Below, piece after piece: positions 58,476 to 64,000 of a stretch of DNA of 64,000 nucleotides (position 1 is its first letter; the number at the start of each line of letters is the position of its first letter). The DNA lies in contig CALFYW010000016.1 of NCBI GenBank assembly GCA_937952265.1, positions 398,661 to 462,660 on the forward strand. The letters are read 5' to 3'. Under the pieces are notes generated by a model. The model was not told where the DNA came from. It made no database searches and was given only the letters and a program-made list of their open reading frames with translations. Both the position numbers and the translations under genes were made by a program. The stretch comes from an uncultured bacterium. GTDB lineage: Bacteria; Patescibacteriota; Minisyncoccia; Phycocordibacterales; GCA-2401445.

Positions 58476-59855
58476 ATGAATTTCTCCAAACGGCAAGAGC
58501 CGTTCTCTTTTTCGCGTGCGTTTGTGCAAGGGGAACTCCACCTCGGTATTTGGAGTTTCTTTAAAAAATTTGTCGGTGTTGGAAATTCTTTCTTCGTCTT
58601 AAGCTCCCTTACTCTATATCAATACGGAGTCTATCAGCTCCTACTCTCTTTTTATGCAATTGTGTCTGATTTCTTCCACGATTTGTTTGCGAGCGTAACT
58701 TCAAATGATATTGCTCGTTTTATTGGAGAGAGAAAAGAAGCACATGCAAAACGACTCTTTCTTGAATATGCCCGATTTCGTCTTTTTATGGCTGCAATTC
58801 CTTTGGTAGGGACTTTTTTTATTGCATCTTCCGTTTCGCACCTTTATGGACCTGAAGCTATTCTTTGGGTTCAAATACTCGGTATTTTATTTATGGTAGA
58901 TGCCATACTCGCGCTTGCAATGATTCTTTTAAAACTCCGACTTGAATTTCGCATTGTCGCAACACGTCCAGCTTTTCAGAAATTTATCCAACTCGCTGTC
59001 TTAGCGTATTTCTTTTTCTTTTCTTCTATTGGGATCAAAGAGGTCTTGCTGGCACAGCTTCTTGCGCCGCTCATCACCTTGGTTTTTCTTATCCCCGCCA
59101 TTATTCGCGTTTATCACCCATGGAGAAGTTTGCGTGGATTATCAGAAGGTATTTTTGTTTCGGTGGTGCGATCTTACGGAAAGTGGGAGATCCCGCAATC
59201 ACTACTTCGCGACCTGGTAGCCAAAGTCCGACCTTGGATTATTAAGTTTTTTCTCACTACGGAAGCAGTCGGAATTTTTGGCGTTGCGAATACCGCAGTT
59301 TCTTTATTGAAGGATTTAATACCGATGCGTACCCTCTCTACTCTTGTGCCACGGAAAGTTTCTGATCGGGGGTACCTCAATTTTCTTTTTGCGTATGGAA
59401 CAAAATATTATCTTCTTCTCGGAGCAGGTCTGGTCGTGATTGGGGGGGTTGGTTTTCCTATCGCTATTAAATTCCTTTTCCCGCATTTTTCATCCGCAAT
59501 TCCGCTCTTCTATATACTGCTTCCAACGGTACTCTTCTTCGCGTTTATAAAAATCATCAGTATCTTTTTGGTTGTTGAAAGACGCCAACGGTTTATCTTC
59601 TACTTCTCTCTTTTTCAAAGTGTCATCACGCTCGCATTTCTCGTAGGTGCAGTAAGTAAATTTGGGCTCATGGGTATTGCGCTAGCTGAAGTCTTCGCGC
59701 TTGGTATTGCAATTTTGGTTAAATACCGTTATCTCTTGCGGCAGAAATTTATTAAGCCCTTTTCTTTTGGCACGCTGTTTACTTTCACCCAAGAGGATCG
59801 ACGTATTTTATCAATACTGCATTTGAATATTTTTGCCTTTTTAAAGAAAAAATAA
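58476..59855 (+). CDS. Polysaccharide/oligosaccharide flippase-like membrane protein (MOP/Wzx-like).
   Basis: 459 aa with ~12 TM segments, located within the glycan cluster. Confidence 0.45.
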   Translation: MNFSKRQEPFSFSRAFVQGELHLGIWSFFKKFVGVGNSFFVLSSLTLYQYGVYQLLLSFYAIVSDFFHDLFASVTSNDIARFIGERKEAHAKRLFLEYARFRLFMAAIPLVGTFFIASSVSHLYGPEAILWVQILGILFMVDAILALAMILLKLRLEFRIVATRPAFQKFIQLAVLAYFFFFSSIGIKEVLLAQLLAPLITLVFLIPAIIRVYHPWRSLRGLSEGIFVSVVRSYGKWEIPQSLLRDLVAKVRPWIIKFFLTTEAVGIFGVANTAVSLLKDLIPMRTLSTLVPRKVSDRGYLNFLFAYGTKYYLLLGAGLVVIGGVGFPIAIKFLFPHFSSAIPLFYILLPTVLFFAFIKIISIFLVVERRQRFIFYFSLFQSVITLAFLVGAVSKFGLMGIALAEVFALGIAILVKYRYLLRQKFIKPFSFGTLFTFTQEDRRILSILHLNIFAFLKKK

Positions 59856-59860
59856 TACTA

Positions 59861-60646
59861 TTGGAGCTTATGAATAATCGCGAACTTCAGGAATTCTATA
59901 ATCGTGTCTATAAGAAAGGAGAGCGCAAACATTACAGTAAATTCTTGCTGACAAAAGAAGGCCTTACCCAAGAGAAGAGAGCTATTTTAAATACAACGTC
60001 ATGGAATAGGAAACGAGTACTTGATATTGGATGTGGTACCGGTGAACTTGCTTACCATATTGCTCAAAAAGCAAAATATGTGTGCGGAATTGACTACGCG
60101 CCAAGTGCGATAAAAATTGCTCAGAAACATTACCAGAGAGATAATTTAACCTACTTGCAAAGTGATGTTGAATCTCTCGATGAGGCTTTTGATGTTATCG
60201 TGATGGCTGGAGTGCTAGAGCATATTGACGAACCTTTTCTATTGCTCAAGAAATTGTCACATTTACTTGCTCCCAAGGGTTCCATAATCGTGACTTGTCC
60301 AAACTGGTCGAATATGAGGGGGTATATTTTGCTCGCCCTCGCAATGCTTTTTGACGCTCGTATTACACTAGCAGATATTCATTATTTTACACCGGTTGAG
60401 TTTGAAGCTTGGGCAAGGAAGCTTCGAATGAAGCTCTCATGGAATAGTATTGAACAGGAGTGGGGCCACGGAGAGAAAATGATTGCTGATTTTAAGAAAC
60501 GTCTTCCTAAGGTGCTTCAAGATACGCAGGTAAAGATTTCTCCTCAGAAGATTTCTCGATTTATCGCGTGGCTTTCAAAACATTACGCGTTAGAAACCAA
60601 TCAAAAAGCTTCAGGCGCAGTTGGTATTTATCATCTTAAAAGGTAA
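59861..60646 (+). CDS. Class I SAM-dependent methyltransferase.
   Basis: VLDIGCGTGELAYHIA...VIVMAGVLEHI. Confidence 0.7.
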   Translation: MELMNNRELQEFYNRVYKKGERKHYSKFLLTKEGLTQEKRAILNTTSWNRKRVLDIGCGTGELAYHIAQKAKYVCGIDYAPSAIKIAQKHYQRDNLTYLQSDVESLDEAFDVIVMAGVLEHIDEPFLLLKKLSHLLAPKGSIIVTCPNWSNMRGYILLALAMLFDARITLADIHYFTPVEFEAWARKLRMKLSWNSIEQEWGHGEKMIADFKKRLPKVLQDTQVKISPQKISRFIAWLSKHYALETNQKASGAVGIYHLKR

Positions 60647-60656
60647 TAGGGAGCAC

Positions 60657-62252
60657 ATGCGAAACTTGACAGATAAAACTATTTACGATATTTTGACTCC
60701 ATTGCAGAGATCTATGGAAAGAGGAGAAACAAGCGTTTTTGATTTTAGAGATTTATTCGTCTTTGAAATGGCCAATAACCATCAAGGGAGTCTTGAGCAT
60801 GGAAAAAAGATTATTCGTGAAATGGGGGTTATTGCGAAGAAAAAAAATATACGCGGAGCTATTAAATTTCAATTTCGAGATCTAGACACATTCATCCATC
60901 CTGAATTTCGTCGAGATAAAGAAGCTAAACATATTTCCCGTTTTCTCTCCACCCGTTTGACTGAAAGTGACTTTGAGACCTTAGTGAAATATGCCCGACG
61001 ACAAGGACTTATGACGATGGCGACCCCTTTTGATGAAGTCTCAGTCGATATGATTGATCGTTTAGGAATCCAGATTATTAAAGTCGCAAGTTGCTCAGCT
61101 CATGATTGGCCACTACTCGAGAGGATCGCTCAAACAGATCGTCCGATTATTGTCTCCGTGGGTGGACTTACGCTCAAGGAAGTCGATCGTGTGGTCAGCT
61201 TCTTCGAACATCGAGGCGCACACTTCGCCCTCATGCACTGCGTGGCGGTGTATCCAACTCCTGATAAAGATTTAAATCTCAATCAAATTACGCTTATGCT
61301 AGAGCGATACCCGCATATTACTATTGGATTTTCAACGCATGAATCCCCTGATAACACGACAGCTATCGCTCTTGCGTATGCGCGCGGAGCGCGTATCTTT
61401 GAAAAACACGTTGGAGTAGCAACTGATACCATTAAACTTAATGCGTACTCTGCAGATCCGACTCAGGTAAGTCATTGGATTGATGCATATCGTAAGGCGA
61501 GGGTGTCATGTGGAGATGATGTAGAAAGGACGATTGGAACACAAGAGAAAAAAGATCTCCAAACGCTTTTACGTGGAGTGTATGTGAAGCGAAAGCTAAA
61601 AGCCGGATCAATTATTTCCAGAAACGATGTATTTTTTGCAATGCCATATCAAAGTGGCCAAATGAAGAGCGGTCGATTTAAAGAAGGTTTTACTGCTGAT
61701 CGGGATTATAAGAAAAATGAACCTCTCAATGCATACATTGAACCTCAGCGTCCTTATAAAAGAGACATTGTCTATGGAGCAATCCGTGAAGCGAAAGCGA
61801 TGCTCGCCAAAGCGCGTATTCCGCTCAATCATGAATTTTCAGTTGAAATCTCGCACCATTTTGGGCTTGATAAATTTCAGGAGACAGGTTGCATGATCAT
61901 CGAATGTATTAATCGGGAATATGCAAAGAAGCTCATTATTCAATTTCCCGGACAGAAGAATCCAGTACATTATCATAAGGAAAAAGATGAGACCTTCCAA
62001 GTTCTCTTTGGTTCACTTGAAGTAGTGGTGGAAGGGAAAAAGCGTACGCTCTTTCCTGGAGACACGCTATGGGTTCCACGTGGAGTGTGGCACGGCTTCC
62101 ATACTAATACCGGCGTCGTGTTCGAGGAGATCTCTACGGTCGCAAAGGGTAATGATTCTTATTATGTAGACAAGCAAATTGCAAGTATTCCACGAGAAAC
62201 ACGAAAAACCTACCTTCAAAACTGGGGAAGACATCAGTTTGATGAAGAGTGA
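60657..62252 (+). CDS. NeuB-family nonulosonic-acid synthase (NeuB plus SAF domains) fused to a C-terminal cupin domain.
   Basis: NeuB TIM-barrel motifs (MANNHQGSLEHGKK, MATPFDEVSVDMI, IKVASCSAHDWPLL), then a SAF domain. The tail fits both cupin motifs: G-x5-HxH-x3-E (PVHYHKEKDE) and G-x5-PxG-x2-H-x3-N (GDTLWVPRGVWHGFHTN). Start moved to the Met at 60657 to avoid overlap with the upstream gene. Confidence 0.75.
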   Translation: MRNLTDKTIYDILTPLQRSMERGETSVFDFRDLFVFEMANNHQGSLEHGKKIIREMGVIAKKKNIRGAIKFQFRDLDTFIHPEFRRDKEAKHISRFLSTRLTESDFETLVKYARRQGLMTMATPFDEVSVDMIDRLGIQIIKVASCSAHDWPLLERIAQTDRPIIVSVGGLTLKEVDRVVSFFEHRGAHFALMHCVAVYPTPDKDLNLNQITLMLERYPHITIGFSTHESPDNTTAIALAYARGARIFEKHVGVATDTIKLNAYSADPTQVSHWIDAYRKARVSCGDDVERTIGTQEKKDLQTLLRGVYVKRKLKAGSIISRNDVFFAMPYQSGQMKSGRFKEGFTADRDYKKNEPLNAYIEPQRPYKRDIVYGAIREAKAMLAKARIPLNHEFSVEISHHFGLDKFQETGCMIIECINREYAKKLIIQFPGQKNPVHYHKEKDETFQVLFGSLEVVVEGKKRTLFPGDTLWVPRGVWHGFHTNTGVVFEEISTVAKGNDSYYVDKQIASIPRETRKTYLQNWGRHQFDEE

Positions 62253-62271
62253 TTCGGTTTAAAAAGTAGGG

Positions 62272-62934
62272 ATGAAAGATATAAGATCAGAAAATATCAA
62301 GACGTTGGTTTTTGATTTTGATGGAACTCTTACTAAAGGCGGAGAATCTCTAAAGAAAGAATCATGGGTTGAGCTTGGAAAAGATGACCTCTCTTTTCAA
62401 AAAGCCCTACTTCACGCCCATAATTTTTTTGCTGGAAGTAAGAGTCGATTTGAGATTATACGATACGCGTTGGGAGAATCTTCCCATTATTCAAAAAAGA
62501 ATATTGAGGCATTGGTGGAGGGTTATGCATTTCAGTACGATCAGATTGTACAGCGTAGACTTCTAGCGAGTGGACTCATTGAAGGAACGATAAAAGGACT
62601 TGAGGTGCTTAGAAATCGATTTTCACTCTATATTAACACAAGCACCCCCGAAATCGCGGTGAAAGAGAGTTTAAAAAACTTAAATATCAGGCACCATTTT
62701 TCTGGTGTTTTCGGAAAACCTAGCTCGAAGTCTCAAAACTTAAAAAAAATAATAAAGAAAGAGAATGTGTTAGTCGAGAATGTGCTTTTTATTGGTGATA
62801 GCGAACATGATAGAGAAGTGGCGACAGATCTCGGGGTTACTTTTATTGGTGTTGCGAATAAGGAAAACCGGTGGAAGCATACTGATTTTCCCCTTATTCA
62901 TTCAGTCTTTGATTTGATCGTTTTGACCCAGTAG
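62272..62934 (+). CDS. HAD-superfamily phosphatase (candidate nonulosonate-9-phosphate or KDO-8-P-type phosphatase).
   Basis: LVFDFDGTLT motif I and a C-terminal GDSEHD motif. Confidence 0.65.
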   Translation: MKDIRSENIKTLVFDFDGTLTKGGESLKKESWVELGKDDLSFQKALLHAHNFFAGSKSRFEIIRYALGESSHYSKKNIEALVEGYAFQYDQIVQRRLLASGLIEGTIKGLEVLRNRFSLYINTSTPEIAVKESLKNLNIRHHFSGVFGKPSSKSQNLKKIIKKENVLVENVLFIGDSEHDREVATDLGVTFIGVANKENRWKHTDFPLIHSVFDLIVLTQ

Positions 62935-62961
62935 ATTTTTTGTGTAATAAATAGAGACACC

Positions 62962-63684
62962 ATGAAAATATACGCAATCATTCCCGCGCGCGGTGGGTCA
63001 AAAGGGGTCCCAGGAAAGAACACCCGCCTTTTAGCGGGAAAACCACTGATCGCATGGACCATTGAAGCCGCAAAAAAGGTACCCCATATTGATAAAGTAA
63101 TCGTGAATACCGATGACGAGGCTATTGCGCGCGTGTCGCGTGAATATGGTGCTGAAGTGTTTGATCGACCAAAAGAACTAGCAGAAGATCTAACTTTAGA
63201 TCTTCCTGTATTTGAGCATCATCTCAACACACTAAAGGAGCAGAATGATTGTCCTGACGTAATAGTTGATCTCCGCGCTACTGCCCCTTTGCGTAGGAGC
63301 GAACGTATTCGAGAGGGTATTGAGCTCTTACTTAAGCATGGTCCAGAAAAAGCAGATTCAGTACGAGCGGTGTCAAAAGCATCGAAACATCCTTACAAGA
63401 TGTGGAGGTTTCAGGATAGCTATATTGAACCACTACTTTCAGAAGACCATACAGGAATCAAGGAGCCATATAATGTGGCTCGACAAATGCTCCCGTTGGT
63501 ATATCAGAATAACGGATGTATGAATGCGTTTTGGCCACATATTGTACTTGAAAAGAATTCCATGACTGGCGCCTGTATCGCCGGATACCCAATGGAGGAT
63601 TGGGAATCAGTCAATATTGATACTGAATTCGATTTTCTTCTTGCTGAGTATCTGATGAAAAAACATCAGCATTATTTTAATTAA
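62962..63684 (+). CDS. neuA: Acylneuraminate cytidylyltransferase-family enzyme (CMP-nonulosonic acid synthetase).
   Basis: IYAIIPARGGSKGVPGKN N-terminal signature of the CMP-NeuAc/CMP-Kdo synthetase family. Confidence 0.8.
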   Translation: MKIYAIIPARGGSKGVPGKNTRLLAGKPLIAWTIEAAKKVPHIDKVIVNTDDEAIARVSREYGAEVFDRPKELAEDLTLDLPVFEHHLNTLKEQNDCPDVIVDLRATAPLRRSERIREGIELLLKHGPEKADSVRAVSKASKHPYKMWRFQDSYIEPLLSEDHTGIKEPYNVARQMLPLVYQNNGCMNAFWPHIVLEKNSMTGACIAGYPMEDWESVNIDTEFDFLLAEYLMKKHQHYFN

Positions 63685-63692
63685 ACAAATAC

Positions 63693-64000
63693 ATGTCTAT
63701 GAAAGTAAAAATTATCGGAGCGGGATCAATTGGAAATCACTTAGCGCAGGCAGCTCGTCGAATGAACTGGGAAGTCGTGGTGGTTGACCGTGATAAAAAG
63801 GCACTTAATCGAATGAAGGACGAGATCTATCCTTCTCGGTATGGGGCATGGGATCCGGAGATTTCACTTTTTGAAAGTATTAATGAGCCGAAAGGTGATT
63901 TTGATGTCATTATGGTTGGTACTCCTCCTGATGTGAGGATGAGGGTTGCCCTCGAAGCCTTAAAGGAAGAACCGCGAATTCTTCAATTAGAAAAACCTAT
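63693..64000 (+). CDS. NAD(P)-binding Rossmann-fold oxidoreductase (Gfo/Idh/MocA-like). The 5' part only; the gene continues off-window.
   Basis: MSMKVKIIGAGSIGNHLA dinucleotide-binding motif. The frame is open to the window end. Confidence 0.4.
   Translation, partial: MSMKVKIIGAGSIGNHLAQAARRMNWEVVVVDRDKKALNRMKDEIYPSRYGAWDPEISLFESINEPKGDFDVIMVGTPPDVRMRVALEALKEEPRILQLEKP

Noticed and set aside
1-64000. CRISPR array, rRNA operon, transposase or integrase
   Set aside because: No regularly spaced direct repeats were seen. No 16S/23S/5S-like conserved strings, no DDE or tyrosine-recombinase-like ORF and no terminal inverted repeats were recognised anywhere in the window.

Overview
About 64 kb of a low-GC bacterial chromosome. 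The gene content suggests a Patescibacteria/CPR-like organism, but this is inference. Supporting features include many compact overlapping genes, lamin-tail-domain and VirD4-like proteins, a Lys-rich GroES extension, long GT4 arrays and a TPR-fused O-antigen-ligase-like protein. No CRISPR array, rRNA, transposase or integrase was seen.

The left half (1-31 kb) is mostly housekeeping:
- a partial RNase J, an orphan family-5 solute-binding protein, SecG, groES-groEL, LemA-HtpX;
- tRNA-Ser followed by a ~1 kb GC-rich islet, a class-C beta-lactamase-like hydrolase, MsrB, alanine racemase, a class II ribonucleotide reductase with ATP-cone;
- an RNase P RNA gene on the minus strand (absent from the ORF track), MurJ, LepA, tRNA-Gly, a glutaredoxin, tRNA-Arg, MurD, MurC and RsmI.

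The right half (34.4-64 kb, continuing off the window) is a single ~30 kb glycan-biosynthesis supercluster:
- at least 9 GT4 glycosyltransferases and one GT9 heptosyltransferase-like gene;
- three tandem TagF-like glycerophosphotransferase paralogs;
- a GtrB/ArnC-like GT2, AsnB, two large GT-C-like membrane proteins, two flippase-like proteins and four SAM methyltransferases;
- a terminal nonulosonic-acid module (NeuB-cupin fusion, HAD phosphatase, CMP-sugar synthetase, NAD oxidoreductase).

Immediately upstream of this locus sits a translationally coupled pair: a VirD4/TraD-like ATPase and a lamin-tail-domain surface protein.

Other items read directly from the sequence:
- a tRNA-Ser whose 3' half is partly duplicated ~960 bp downstream, bracketing a GC-rich islet with a decayed DUF5680-like gene;
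- a 51-aa highly basic micro-gene with its own SD and terminator;
- a near-consensus promoter for rnpB;
- palindromes in the RNR leader.
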